A program made the position numbers and the translations under genes. Positions 16,093 to 34,474 of a DNA stretch of 64,000 nucleotides are shown here, in pieces. The stretch's first letter is position 1. The number at the start of each line of letters is the position of its first letter. The notes under the pieces were generated by a model. It did not search any database. It saw nothing but the letters and a program-made list of their open reading frames with translations, and was not told the DNA's origin. The stretch is taken from assembly GCF_009914755.1 (NCBI RefSeq), contig NC_060946.1; one strand, written 5' to 3'. Source of the DNA: the human T2T-CHM13v2.0 reference genome, Homo sapiens.

Positions 16093-16383
16093 AGAGATGG
16101 GTTGTTGCTATGTTACCCAGACTGAAGTACAGTGGTGAAATCATAGTTCACTGCCGCCTCAAACTCCTGGGCTCAAGTGATCCTCCCACTTCAGCCTCCC
16201 AAGTGGCCAGAACTATAGGTATGCACCACCATGCCTGGCTAATTTTTTAGTACTTTTTTAGGGGCAAGGTCTTGCTCTGTGTCCTGGGCTGGTCTCAAAT
16301 GCCGGCCTCTGGTCTTCAAATGACCCTCTCGCCTTAGCTTCCAGAGTATCTGGGATTAGAGGTGCAGACCGCCATGCCTGGCT
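16093..16383 (-). mobile_element. AluJ
   Basis: Diverged antisense dimer. Confidence 0.85.
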
Positions 16384-16616
16384 AAAAACAGATACTGTAA
16401 GTGTAATGTAAATGTAATTAGATATTGTAAATTGTAAATGAAAGAATGCTGCCAATTAACTTTAAGGTGTAAGATGGCAACTGAGACTATCAGGAATAAT
16501 CAGGCCAAAAGTCCTGTGTGTCAAGGATGGGTTTTGCAACTGGTGTATGCCACTATAGAGGTATTTGACTAGCTAAAATAATAATAATCAGATATATTTG
16601 AAAAAGAACCATTTCA

Positions 16617-16704
16617 TCAGTTTAGCCATCCACAGTTTATACCTACTTGAAAACATGCTGTGCATGATAAATACAATTTTTATCAATTAAGAAAATAAGA
16701 ATGA
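16617..16704 (+). mobile_element. Very short 5'-truncated L1 (L1MA/PB-type 3' end)
   Basis: TSD aaaaa(g/t)aaccatttca at 16601-16616 and 16705-16720; body tttagccatccacagtttatac...catgataaatacaatttt. Confidence 0.7.
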
Positions 16705-16719
16705 AAAAATAACCATTTC

Positions 16720-17240
16720 AGAAGCAAACAACATCATTGAATTTGGCATTTAGTAGACAAGTCTAATCTTAAAGCAAATTAGACACAAGTGAAGCAGGAC
16801 TTACTGAACTAGAAGATAAAGCTAAAGAAATTGTCCACATAAAACCCATAGAGACAGAGAAAATGTTAAAGAAAGGTTAAGATGCATGGAAGATAGAATT
16901 AGAAGGTTTCATATAACATCTGATCAAAGTTCTAGGAGAATAGAAGCACTGGGGGAGAGGCAGTATTTGAAGACATTTTCCAAAATTGATGAAATAACTA
17001 AATCGTCTGAATCAGGAAGCTCAAGCAGGGTAAAGAAAGAGAAATATCACCTGGATACATTGGCAAATTCAAGATCCTAGTACAGTCCTGAGAGAAAAAG
17101 CAGACTGCAGACTGATAGCTGACTTTTCAGTGACAGTGGAAGCCACAAGACAATTCATCGTCAAAGTGCTGGAAGAAAAGTAACCATCTGTCAAGAATGA
17201 GGGCAAAACAAAAGCATTTTGAAATAAAAACCATTTTTAT
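16720..17240 (+). mobile_element. Ancient L1 ORF1-region fragment
   Basis: A-rich; ttactgaactagaagataaagc, atggaagatagaattagaagg, agactgatagctgacttttca. Confidence 0.6.
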
Positions 17241-17394
17241 TATGAATGGAGAAAAGTAGAAGAGTATTTTTGAGCTTTCAGTTAGGACAGTTGTTAAGAG
17301 CTTAAACTTTGGAGTCAGATAGTTTGAGCTGTACTGCTAGTGAACTGTGTTGTTTAACTTCTCCGTTTCCTTCTCTACAAAATAGGATGACAAG

Positions 17395-17690
17395 TGGGAA
17401 TGGTTGATGGGTACAAAAATACAGTTAGATAAAATGAATATGATCTAGTATTTGGTAGCACAATAGGATGCCTATAGATAACAATAATCTATTGTATATT
17501 TCAAAATAACTGGAAGAGTAGAATTGGCACTTTTCTAACAAAGAAATTATAAATGCTTGAGGTAATACCCCAGTTACCCTGATTTGATCATTACATGTTG
17601 TATACCTGTATCAAAACATCACATGTACCACGTAAATGTATACAACTATTATGTACTCATAATAATTAAAAATAAAAAAAATTTTAAAAA
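17395..17690 (+). mobile_element. L1MA 3' end inserted in a MIR
   Basis: gggtacaaaaatacagttagat...gatttgatcattacatgttgtatacctgtatcaaaacatcacatgtacc plus A tail. Confidence 0.8.
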
Positions 17691-17804
17691 CAGGATGATA
17701 GTAGTACTTACTTCATGGAATGCTTTGATAAGCAGATGAATTATATGTAAAGCACTATGAGTCCTACACAGTACGCATCTAGTAAATGTTAGGGATTGCT
17801 GTTA

Positions 17805-17989
17805 CCATATTTTATGGAATTTAAGATGCCATCATTCCTAAGACATATTGTATTTTATGCTCCATTAAGAAAGAAAGAATGCTGCCAATTAATTGTAAGA
17901 TGTCATTAATTGTAAAATCTGTCCAGATTTCACAAATGTTAACTTGTAAAGAAAAAAACCATGAATCTCAAAATTGATGAAATATAGTA
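17805..17989 (-). mobile_element. MER104-like Tc2 MITE
   Basis: About 185 bp with imperfect terminal inverted repeats taccatattttat... / ...atgaaatatagta; internal aatgctgccaattaa. Confidence 0.7.
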
Positions 17990-18744
17990 TTTTGATAGCA
18001 GATACTCAAGTACAGGAGAAAATACTGTATATGAAATATTTAAAAAAACAAAAACAGTTTGAAGAAGAAGTTGATGAAAGTGTTGTGAAGCCCAGAATTT
18101 AAATGTGTAGTACCCATGGCTGGAGAGTTTTGTGTATAAATTATTGAAGGTTAAAACAGCTGTTTCACTTTCATTTCTTCAGAAGTAAATATGAACTACA
18201 ACCAAACTGCCCTTGAGTTGGCTTAAGATTTCCCAGTGGCTGTTACTTAAACGAAAAGTGTTCTTTAGCATTTCATTGGTAAGCACTAGCTTGTGGAAAG
18301 GCCAGATGTTGAATGTTGAACATGTTTGATAAACAGAAGTTTAATATGCAGCTGGAATAGTAGCATTCTTCTGCAGGTGCTTTTTGAAATGTTTTCAGTT
18401 TTTCTTTTCCACTTGGTTTTGATTACCACTTGCATGTAGTTGAGAGGAGATTTTTGCTAATTTCGTATGAGGCTGGATGTTGCTCTGTTTTAGTTGGTCT
18501 TATTGCTGATGATACTGCAGTATGTCTCGGAGAGCATGTAAGCATCAACACTCTTTCCAAACATTTTGATTTGGTTAGATCATCTCAAATCATTATTGAA
18601 GCTGCTAGCTAGAGTGTTGTCGTTTCATGAGGCCGTACACTCCAGAAATCTTTACAATTATATTACCACAAAGAAGTTGACTACTCATTCAGTTATTAGG
18701 ATACATAGATTATTACAGCAGCCTCATAACTCTTTTTGCTACCT

Positions 18745-19060
18745 CTGTGATTTTATCAATTAGAAATAAATTAGGCTCTGTGTAATGGAATATCCAACTT
18801 TGCTTTAACCAAATAAAGATTTATTTTTTCCTACACACCAGAAAATTGGGAAATAAGTAGTCACTCCCAGTGTTGTTAATATCTCAAATTCCTTTGATCC
18901 ATCCTTGATGGTGGCAAGGCCATTTCTCTGCTTCCGTTTCAGACCACGCACCCTCCCAAGTGAGGTATAAAAGGTGTGCCTCATCTAATGATTGACCAGA
19001 GCTGTGACATGTAGCCACCTCTCTTCTTAAGAAAAGTTGGGAAATGTAGCTTTCTAATTG
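18745..19060 (-). mobile_element. Old MaLR LTR (MLT1J/K-like)
   Basis: gctttaaccaaataaagatttattttttc and gattgaccagagctgtgacatgtagccacc...gttgggaaatgtagc. Confidence 0.5.
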
Positions 19061-20856
19061 AACCTAAGTTTACCCCTAGCCAAATCTGGATTCCAGGCAT
19101 TTGCAAAACAAATAATGATATTACCACAATTGCCATGATTACGATGTAACCATGATTTGTGACCATGAAGCACCCATAAATTTAACTGACCTACATTGTG
19201 ACTGAGCCCACAGCCTAACATTATCCTTTAAGTAACTGAGTTTACCACCTCATGCCATCTAGTAGGCAATTATCAGTTTTGCTCACTTGCCCCTTTATTA
19301 TATGATGTGTATTTCCTTATACCTGTGCTTCATTAATATAGCCAACATTCACTGAATACCTACTCTGTGCCAGGCACTGTTAATACAGAAATGAATAAGG
19401 TACCCCATTTGATAGGGGAGATGGATATCAACAAAATTTACAAGTACCACAACCTGTAACCCTCATGCTCAAGGCGGATGTTATTGATAAAGTGGCTCAT
19501 CCATGTCATCACCAGGTAACTAAGCTGGTGACTTTAGCCTAGGCCTTCTAAGCAGTGTAGCTCCTCTGTACCCCTCCTATCCGCAGCCCCAAATCCTTGT
19601 GTCTTACTGAGTTGATTGTCTTAGAAACATATAAACATGACTATGAGACCAGCTTCAGAAAGCACGATCTGTTGTATTGAACACATTGGTGCTTCTTATG
19701 GTAAATGGTCAACCACTCAATGCCAGGATCATGGCCAAAACTTTATGAGACTTCAGATTCCAAATCTTTAGCCACAGGGAACTCTTCCAATGGCCAATTC
19801 TTAGGAAGTCTGTGAGGACAATCATTGGCCATAAGGAACAGCTTAGAGTAAAGCACAGGTAATACCCAGTGAATACTAAGAAACCATGGTTGTTATGGAT
19901 AATCAGAGGAGACAATCTGTTATTCCCACATAGCGTTACCTCTTTTAGAAGCATCTACATTTCCTGCAGAGATAGGATGTTTTTATTAACTGAGCCCTGG
20001 ATCAAACTTGCACTAGCATACAGGTGGTGTGATAATCTCTTTACCTTGACAGCAACATGAGTCTGGGCTTGTGAGATGAATGGTAGGACTTCATCAAGAT
20101 GTTGTCCAGCTACTCAGTGTGCATCATCCATTATGCCCCAGCCAAGGAGATCACAAAACTGGCTCCACCTCTCATCACTTCTAAGAAAACTTCCCCCAGT
20201 CTTCTCTTGTGCCTAAACAACTGTAATTTTTATAGTCATGTGTTACATACTATGCCAGATATATGCCAACGAATGTCTATAAAAAAAAGTTAATATTTAT
20301 TAGCCAGAAAGCATAATGTTAGATTTTGGCTTTTAGAAGGGGAGGTTTTATTGATCCACCTACACATTGGCATGTGAATTTACTTCTCCATGAAAGCAGA
20401 GAAGAAATTTATTAATTTATTTGAACAGCTTTGTCAACATTGTTCTGAAAAGAACAAGTTGGAATGTAGTAGCAGTGTGCTCCATTATGACAAAAGCTTT
20501 GCAAATGACACAAAAGGTTATCAGAGTTGACCATTAAGGACCATATGGCACCAGGCTTCAGGAAAGATACAGTGGAGGAGGGAGAACAGAGACCCCATCC
20601 TTACCTGCCCCATCAGGGGAGTTCACCCTGGTGATGGGTGAGGTGTCAGGTGGCATAGCTGAACCATCCTTACATCTCACTGGGGAGTTTGGACTGTGTT
20701 GTCTGTGGGCTGGAAGGCTTTTGAACTTGTTGAACAAAGGAATGACATGATCAGATTTATTTTTTATTATAAGAGCAATTTATGCTCTTTGTAAAAACTT
20801 GATGTTTATGAAGTAGAAAATGGAAAATTCTTGCATCCTATTCCTCAGGTGTGTCC

Positions 20857-21167
20857 TTTTTTTTTGTTTTTGTTTTTGTTTTAAGACAGCCAGACAGGGT
20901 CTTTCTCTGTTTCCCAGGCTGGAGTGCAGTGGTGTGATCATGGCTCACTTCAGTCTCCAACTACTGGGCTCAAACAGTCCTCCTGCTTCAGCCTCCCGAG
21001 TAACTAGGACTACACGTGGGTGCCACCACACGCGGCCAATTTTTAAAAATATTTTTGTAGAGATTGGGTCTTGCTATATTGCCCAGGCTGGTCTTGAACT
21101 CCTGGACTCAAGTGATCCAGGCCTCCCAAAGTGCTGAATTTACAGGTGTGAGCCACTGCACTCTGCC
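20857..21167 (-). mobile_element. AluJ
   Basis: Antisense diverged dimer. Confidence 0.85.
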
Positions 21168-21233
21168 AAAGGTACCTATTTTTAAAGGCTGTTGGATGTC
21201 TTGCCAGACTTTTCTCCATGCTTTCAGGTATAT

Positions 21234-21237
<4 letters not shown>

Positions 21238-21282
<45 letters not shown>
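21238..21282. repeat. (CA)n microsatellite
   Basis: About 22 CA units. Confidence 0.95.
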
Positions 21283-21284
<2 letters not shown>

Positions 21285-21419
21285 TATTATACATTGTATA
21301 CATTATATATACACGCAGATAATGTATAATGTAATATATATGTTTTATATATTTATTTGTATATTTTTGACCAACAGGGGATTAAGATATACAAAATGTT
21401 TTATAATGGCGTATCTTAT

Positions 21420-21548
21420 TTACTTATTTAAGACAGGGTCTCGCTATGTTGCCCCAGCTAGCCTCAAAATCCTGAGCTCAAATGATCCTCCCACCTCAGC
21501 TTCCCAAGTAACTGGGACTACAGGTGTATGCCACCACTCCTGGCTGGC
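21420..21548 (-). mobile_element. Alu monomer (FLAM-like)
   Basis: Single-arm antisense Alu. Confidence 0.8.
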
Positions 21549-21671
21549 TCTTATTTTAATCTAACAAGTAGTTGTTAGATTAAAACAACTTTAAATAAAT
21601 ACATTTGTATACTTGTGAGGTGTGTGTGTGTGTAAGTGTATGTAAAATCCACCCTTAGAGGGGGAATTGCT

Positions 21672-21976
21672 GCTGGGCATGGTGGCTCATGCCTGTAATC
21701 CCAGCACTTTGGGAGGCTGAGATGGGCTGATCACCTGAGGTCAGGAGTTTAAGACCAGCCTGGCCAACATGGTGAAACCCCATCTCTACTAAAAATACAA
21801 AAATGAGCCGGGTGCGGTGGCGGGTGCCTGTAATCCCAGCTACACAGGAGGCTGAGGCAGGAATATTGCTTGAACCTGGAAGCGGAGGTTGCAGTGAGCC
21901 AAAACTGCGCCATTGCACTCCAGCCTGGGCAACAGAGCGAGACTCCGTCTCAAAAAAAAAAAAAAAAAAAAAAAAA
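21672..21976 (+). mobile_element. AluS
   Basis: Full Alu with ~25 A tail; gggaatt at both ends. Confidence 0.9.
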
Positions 21977-22304
21977 GGGAATTACTATATCAAAGAGATG
22001 CATATTTCAGGTTTTGGCAGATGTTGTCATATTGTGCTGTAGAAAGGCACTCTGCATCCCGCCATCAGTATATGATCGTGCCTGTCTACACACCTTTGCA
22101 TTATCAGACTTTTTAATCAAAATTGTTCTAAGTCATAGAAAAGATTTAGATTTTTATGTAGTGAAATGTATTAGTAATTTCTTACTCCCTTGGGGTGGGT
22201 TTATCATGCTTTTAGGAATGTCTTCCTCAATTCAAGATTATAAAAATATTTTTACCCATGGTTTCATCTGCTACTGTCATATTTCTTTAATTTTTTTTAG
22301 TTTT

Positions 22305-22458
22305 TTTATTTTAAGAGACAGTCTCACTCTGTCACCCATACTGGAGTGCAGTGGTATGATCATAGCTCACTGCAATCTCGAACTCCTGGGCTCAAGTGAT
22401 CCTCCTGCCTCAGCCTCTCAAAGTGCTGGGATTTAAGGCATATGCTACCATACCCAGC
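22305..22458 (-). mobile_element. Alu monomer or internally recombined AluJ
   Basis: A right-arm end runs directly into left-arm sequence (ctcaaagtgctggg). Confidence 0.75.
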
Positions 22459-22535
22459 TCTTTTTGTTTTTAAATTGATGTGTTTGATTTTTCTGGAATT
22501 TTATTTTGATATATGGAGTAAGAAAACATAAAGTA

Positions 22536-22845
22536 GGACCAGGCACGGTGGCTCGCACCTGTAATCCCAGCACTTTGGGAGGCCGAGGCGGATGGATCAC
22601 AAGGTCAGCAGTTCGAGACCAGCCTGGCCAAGATGGTGAAACCCCGTCTCTACTAAAAATACAAAAATTAGCCGGGCACCGTGGTGGACGCCTGTAATCC
22701 CAGCTACTCATGAGGCTGAGGCAGGAGAATTGCTTGAACCTGGGAGGCAGAGCTTGTGGTGAGCTGAGATCGCGTGCACCACTGCACTCTAGCCTGGGCG
22801 ATAGTGTGAGACTCTGTCTCGAAAAAAAAAAAAAGGAAAAAAAAA
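22536..22845 (+). mobile_element. AluS
   Basis: Full Alu with A tail. Confidence 0.9.
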
Positions 22846-23032
22846 CATACAGTAAGGAATATATAGCTTCCTGTTCTGGATTCCCACAGTGACTAGCCAG
22901 TTATTAAAAAATCATTTGCTGAAATAATTCATCTTTTCTCCACTGATTTGAAGCACTCTTTTAATCATAATTTTCCACATTGTGGTATGTGTCTTTTTTC
23001 CTTGACTACCTAGAGCCTCAACAAGATTAGTA

Positions 23033-24349
<1,317 letters not shown>

Positions 24350-24427
24350 TATTATATTGGATGGAGACTGGGGGAAGGAAGATTGAACCTAAGCACTGTA
24401 GAGGGTTGTGGTATCAAAAGTCAGTAA

Positions 24428-24858
<431 letters not shown>

Positions 24859-24874
24859 CCTGCTTCTTTAAATA

Positions 24875-25060
24875 ACTAATTTTCAAACTTTAACCTATGT
24901 CAGAATCACCCCGAGGGCTTGTTAACAGCACATTGCCGGCGCCACCCCCAGCATTTCTGGCTCACTAGTTCTGGGATAAGGTCTGAATATTCACATTTCT
25001 ATCAGGATTCCAAGTGCTGTTGCTGCTGTCTGGGGACCACACTTTGAGAACCATTGCTCT
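24875..25060. mobile_element. MER5A (hAT-Charlie MITE)
   Basis: ttcaaactttaa...cagaatcacc...gggcttgttaa...ggggaccacactttgagaaccattg. Confidence 0.8.
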
Positions 25061-26221
25061 AGACTGAGTCCTCTTCACTCCCCTTTTAGATTACTCTAAT
25101 GGTCTCTAGTTGGGCTTTTTTTTCTAGTTTTCCTGTCCTTTATAGCCTCCTGACTCAAATTAGGACTGCAGTGGTGAGAATAGAAGTGGAGAGAAAGGAA
25201 TGAAGCTGAAAGACATTTCAAAAGAAGGATTAATGGGCTTTAGAGACTGAGTAGATGTGTGGGACAAAGGACAGGAAGCAAAGAGGCATTTTCTAAACAT
25301 GGACACCAGATTTACTCTTTGGAAAACACTTCTTTCATCTTGTTATTTCCCAGTTCAAGAATCTGCAGTGAGATAAATCTAAAATGAGATTTATTTGAAT
25401 AAAATACAGCTGACAATTGACACCCAACCGGTGTCGCTTCTCTGGTTTTGTCTAAGTCAAATCTCATTATGACAGATGACTTTGCAAGTAGATCTCTGCA
25501 TTACCAAATACTTTCATGGCCGAGCCAGTGACCTACTTTAAGCAGTATCCAATTTAACAATTCCAGTTCAGCAAACTAGTTTGGATAGCATTTTAGGACT
25601 TGCAGAATTTAATCTGAAGTACTATGGTACATTTGTGTATATAAAAGAACTGTTAATTTCTAAGGGTTAGTTTAAACCCTATTTAGAAATCGTGTTTATC
25701 ATATGAATATATTTTTTTAAAAAAACATTATATACTATGCTTTCTGATTTACCTTTTTCTTATGCTTGCTGTTGGACAAAAACAAGGAGGGAGATATTGT
25801 GCCAGATACTCATGTTTGCAATTATAAATGCAGATGAGGCCAAAGTGTGTGTTTGTACAGGTGGGATGAAATAAACAAATGACAGTGAAAGCCTGCTTAT
25901 CAGGATCATTATTTGTTGTTGTCCCTTATTAGGATTCATTATTTGGAAAATAAGTATAGAGAGGACAGTTTGGGTTTTTAAGATATTTAGTATGTGACAT
26001 TTAATTATTTCTTAATTTTTAAAAGCTGACTTCTGTCTTAGTCTTACATGATTTGCCCTCACATGTGTGGATGAGATTTTAAATATGTGAGAATCATAGC
26101 TAGTTATAAAAGAGTGCCGGGTATTTGCATTATAACAAAACACCTTTATTTGTGTATAATTTATATACATCATATATATAAACTTCACCCAGTTTAGATA
26201 TACAATTAAAACATAGTAAAT

Positions 26222-26849
<628 letters not shown>

Positions 26850-27197
26850 GTCTATACAGTTGTACCATCATCATTCGCAACCCAGTTTTAGAACATTTCC
26901 GTCAACCCACAGAGATCCCTCTTGCCCAAGTGCTGTCAGTCCCTTTTCCCACGCCATGCCCCAGGCAGCCCCTGAAAATTGAATCATACGGTACGTAGTC
27001 TTTCAAGTCTGGCTGCTTTCATTGAGCACAATATTTTTGAGGTTCATTCATGTTGTAGTATCAGTAGCTTGTTCATTTTTATTGGTGAGTAGTTTTCTAC
27101 TGGATAGATTTACCACAGTTTGTTTATCTATTGATTACTTGAAGGACAAAAAAGACATTTGGGTTGTTTCCACTTTTTTGGCTATTATGAGTAATAA

Positions 27198-27509
<312 letters not shown>

Positions 27510-27537
27510 AAGTCTATCTTTTAAAAGAAAAAAAGAA

Positions 27538-27861
<324 letters not shown>

Positions 27862-28849
27862 CTACAGTAGCCTTATAACAAGTAGACAGGACAAGTAGTA
27901 TTACCCTCATTTGTTGCTATCCAGAGGGAGTCTACACCTGTATTCTCAGGTTATTGCCATAGGAAACCTATCAAGAGTATGCTTCCATTTTGTGGTGTAC
28001 ACACAGGATAGAGCAGCACCAAAGGACTACTTCTGTATGTGATGTAGATCCAAATTTGGAGTCAGTTTATTCATTCTGCAAATATTCACTGAATATCTGC
28101 TACCTGCCAGGCACTGTGCAAGATGGTGGAGGATTGAGATGTGAAAGATTTAGTCTCTGCTTTTGAGGAGTTAACTGTCCATAAAGGCTGTATACAAGAA
28201 AAAACTATAATTCTGGGCCATGGGAACCCAGAAGCAGAGGATCTAACAAGGTAGAGTGGGGAGCAGAGAGGAGGGTGTCAGAGTATATTGATGATATCAT
28301 AGCTCACACTTACCTGGTGCATACTCTGTTCCAGGCACATTCCAAAAATTTTACATATGTTTACTCATTTAATCTTCACTTCAACCCCTTACCCTGTTTT
28401 ACAGACGAGAAGGCCGCAAAACTGAGTGTGGTACTTTGACCAATCGCACACTACTAGTGAATGGTAGACCTGGAATTTAGACCAATCAGTCTGGCTCTGG
28501 AGTCTGTCTCCTGAAAAGGTTTCTCAGAGGAGAGGCACCCAAGCTGTGTCTTGAATAACAGCTTGTAGCTAGTCTGCAGAAAGGTGATTGGGATATGTCT
28601 ACATGGTTTTCTAGGCAGAGAAGTGTCACAAGTAAAGGTAAAGAAAGCACACGATTGAGAGCAAGTGTGGCAGACTACTTGTGAGAAAAGATGGGTGGTA
28701 AGGAATGAGACTAGAAAGACAAGGCTGAGGATGAAGGGCCTGGCAGGCCATCCGAGGAATTTGGGTTCCGTGATCTAATTTTTAAAGTTATACCAAAAAT
28801 ACCATTTTTCCTTTTGTATTAATTTTATTTTTGTTTTGATTTAAATCTT

Positions 28850-30870
<2,021 letters not shown>

Positions 30871-32079
30871 TTAGCTAACTTATTAGTACTCCTCTGCCTT
30901 TAAAAATTTTTAAATATTCTATCCAGACTTTCTGGCTGTCCTCAGCAGAATGGTTGGTCTTCATTACCTGGTTTACCATTCCCAGAAGCAGAAATGTCTT
31001 TTAAAGTTTCAGTTTCACTTTGACTTAAAAATGATCTGTCCCGTCTTGTTAAGGGGCCTTAATGAATATGTTTACTAAAAAATAAAAAAAGACTGAAAAA
31101 CTATATAGATTCATGACTGTTTCTATTTTTTATTTTTATTTTAAGAGACCAAAAAGAAGCTTCTGTTTCCTCTCTGCTTCTGTCAGCTATAAAATACTGT
31201 TAGACAAATTTAAGCTCGCTACATAAAATGAACATGGTTATACTTATTGCAGGATAATTTCAGAACATTAATCACAGGAAAAAATTAAATTAAAAAATAC
31301 ACACTATCCAACATTGACTTTGATAATAAAATGGCTTTAACTAAGGCAGTGGCTACCCCCCTTTCTCTGTTTATCCATAAATTTAAACCTCTTTTTTGGC
31401 CAGAGATGGACTGTATGCAAACCGCATCCAGAATGCTTTTAGTTTGTGCCACAAAATATGAAGAAAATGTTTTCAGTTTATGGCAACTAGATCCATGACA
31501 TATGATGCTCCAGGAACTGTTTTTACAGTGCGCAAGATGCACAGGAACAGAATAGCAAACTCACATGATTGTTGGCAAGGAAAACCTGGCTACGTGGCTG
31601 ATGTTAAATTTGCTTTTTAAGACAGCCAGATCAAGAAATGTCTGAAGACTTTGAGACTGCAGCAGGGAGATGATTTTGCAGTTAGTAAACACAGCCCTGG
31701 GAAGCCATGGCAAGGCAGTTCTGGTAAGCCATTTACAGCTTCTCTTCTAGCAGGAGAGCACAGTGGAGGCTCTGGAGAGGAAAACCTGACGTGGCCTCTA
31801 GAGAATGTTGCCCAGGGCAGTAGAGCCTCCCTGGTGGCACTGCTGTCAGCACCACCCTGCACAGCCCGGCAGAACCCTGCCTTGCCCTGGCCATCTCTGT
31901 CTCTGAGATTCACCACGGAGGTTAGCTTGGTTATAGGTGAGCTGTTAAGAGTAGGGGTTTGTGTTCTTGGAAGTTAGGGCTTAGGAGCCACACATTTCCT
32001 TCTTGCCCAGCTCTTGCTTGCTTAGACCATTTTCTTTATCTTTTTCAATGAACACTTGTCAAAGTGTGCTCCTTCCTCC

Positions 32080-33287
32080 CATCCAAGACCCTTTCAGAAG
32101 GTCACAACTATTTTAATAATACTAAGATGCTGTATGCCTTTTAAATTCATTCTCCCATGAGTGCACATTGGAGTTTTTCCAGACATGTGATACTGCAAAA
32201 GATTGAATGCAAAAGTATATATTTGGGTGCAGCTGTTGTTGCTCAAGCTAGACATTAAAGAAATTTGCAAAGATGTAAAACAGTGCCACTGTCCTCAAAT
32301 TTTTAATCCTTTGAAATACCATTTTTAATTTAAAAAGCAATAGTTTATTATTTCTAAGTTTCAGGGTACATGTGCAGGATGTGCAGGTTTGTTACATAGG
32401 TAAACATGTGCCATGGTGGTTTGCTGCACTGTGAACCCATCACCTAAATATTAAGCCCAGCATACATTAGCTATTTTTCCTGATGTCTCCCTCCCCCCGC
32501 CACCCACCCCCAGCCAACAGGCCCAGTGTGTGTTGCTCCCCTCCCTGTGTCCATGTGTTCTCATTGTTCAGCTCCTAATTATGAGTGAGAATATGCAGTG
32601 TTTGATTTTCTGTTCCTGCATTAGTTTGCTGAGGATAATGGCTTCCAGCTGCATCCGTGTTCCTGCGAAGCACATGATCTCATTCCTCTTTATGGCTGCA
32701 TAGTATTCCATGATGTATATGTACCACATTTTCTTTATCCAGTCTATCATTGATGGGCCTTTGGGTTGATTCCATGTCTTTGCTGTTGTGAATAGTGCTG
32801 CAGTGAACATACGCGTGTATGTATCTTTATAATAGAATGATTTATATTCCTTTGGGTATATACCCAGTAATGGGATTGCTGGGTCAAATGGTATTTCTGG
32901 TTCTAGGTCATTGAGGAATCACCACACTGTCTTCCACAATGGTTGAACTCATTTACATTCCCACCAACAGCGTAAAAGCGTTCTTATCTCTCTGCAGCCT
33001 TGCCAGCATCTGTTGTTTCTTGACTTTTTAATATAAAATCACCGTTCTGACTTGCATGAGATGGCATCTCATTGTGGTTTTTCATTTCTCTAATGATCAG
33101 TGATAGTGAGCTTTTTTAAGTTTGTTGGCCGAATAAATGAACTAATACTTCTGATGTTTCATAGTTATAATTTTTAGTATGGCAAATATTGATAATTAAA
33201 ATTAAGATAAACAAGAGCTCTTTGAGGTCCTCCATAATTTTCGTAAGTGTAAAGGGATCCTGAGACAAAAGGGTTTGAGAATCACCT
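32080..33287. mobile_element. hAT-Charlie element (Charlie4a-like) split by an L1PA
   Basis: gaccctttcagaaggtcacaactattttaataatactaag ... gtgtaaagggatcctgagacaaaagggtttgagaatcac. Confidence 0.65.
32345..33140 (-). mobile_element. L1PA 3' end (5'-truncated, ~800 bp)
   Basis: gggtacatgtgcaggatgtgcaggtttgttacataggtaaacatgtgccatgg; ORF 32568-32810 is the L1 ORF2 C-terminus (MFTAALFTTAKTWNQPK...WIKKMWYIY). Confidence 0.92.
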
Positions 33288-34474
33288 GCTTCAAATCCTG
33301 TCAGTTCCAGCTGGAATCCCAGTTTCTCTCTGAAGGCGGCACAGGTTATCTAGCTCACCGTTTTCTCTACGTTCTCTAAACTTCTGTGCCACTCAGCTTA
33401 GCGCTTAGCTTTTTTCTCCTTATATTTAGTGTAAGGCCCCTGAAAAAGGGGATCAGATCTGAAATGAGAGATTTTTAGACTTCCAAGGTACACAGTGCGG
33501 GGCACAGCATAAACAATTGTTAATGATTATTCATATTACTATCATCATTATCAATGTTCAACTCACTGGTTAATTGGAGAAGCAGTATACATCTAAAATT
33601 TGTGAACAATCTCACCTCATAAAATCAATATGCAATATAGAAAAAGAACAAAGGTTTTTCTTTAATCACCAATAAATTGGTCACAAAAGTTAACATGTTA
33701 ATCTGCTTAATTATTTCTTTTAATTTTAATTTTTAATGTAAATTGCCAAATTATAATTGCATATACTTATGGGGTACAAAGTGATATTGTGATTTATGAA
33801 TATAATATGGAATGATTAAGTCAACCCAGTTAACATATTTATTACCTCTAATCTGCTTAATTCTTATGTGACCAACAATTGCAATAAAACCTGGACATAG
33901 GCCCTTGCTCTGAAAACTTGCTGAGCACAGTGCCATGTACTTAGTAAGCATTCAGTAAAGCTGGTTGAGTTGAATCTGCTGTTTCAGTAGCTGCCTCTGC
34001 TGTTCTTGTAACCCTCGGTGAATTCCCTACCATCCCTGCCTCTACCTGTAAGTGATTTGCAGTTGTTTTAGGCTTTTAGAAGGCAGTCTTACTTTCTCAA
34101 GCCTTTTCTGTTAAAGAATTGACAGATTATTCTGGGGCCAGGCTGGAGGGCATAAATTAGTTGAGCAAGCTGGATTAATACCCCAAGGTTGGGTATGAGT
34201 CTTTCTGGTCATTCCTACTTTGGACTGAGTTTGTTTTTCTTAGGCAACCTTTCCTGACTTCCAAGACATAAAAATCAGATTAACATTCTTGTGCCAGGGT
34301 CCTACCATCAGTCCCAAAGTTTCCTTCACTGCTTCTCCCAGGAAGTCTGGGGATGCTGTGCAAGTAGTACACTGCCCTCATAGACTGTTACAGCTGATAA
34401 GCCCCAGCTTTGTTTTTGTAAGCTCAGAATGTCATATTGTATTGAGTTGATTTTAGTTTTTTCATAAAAATGTG

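Noticed and set aside
19440-20230. Possible ERV/LTR-derived segment
   Set aside because: I could not match it to a family or find termini by eye.
32568-32810. 80-aa ORF with reverse-transcriptase-protein-like C-terminus
   Set aside because: Remnant of L1 ORF2 in a 5'-truncated L1PA.
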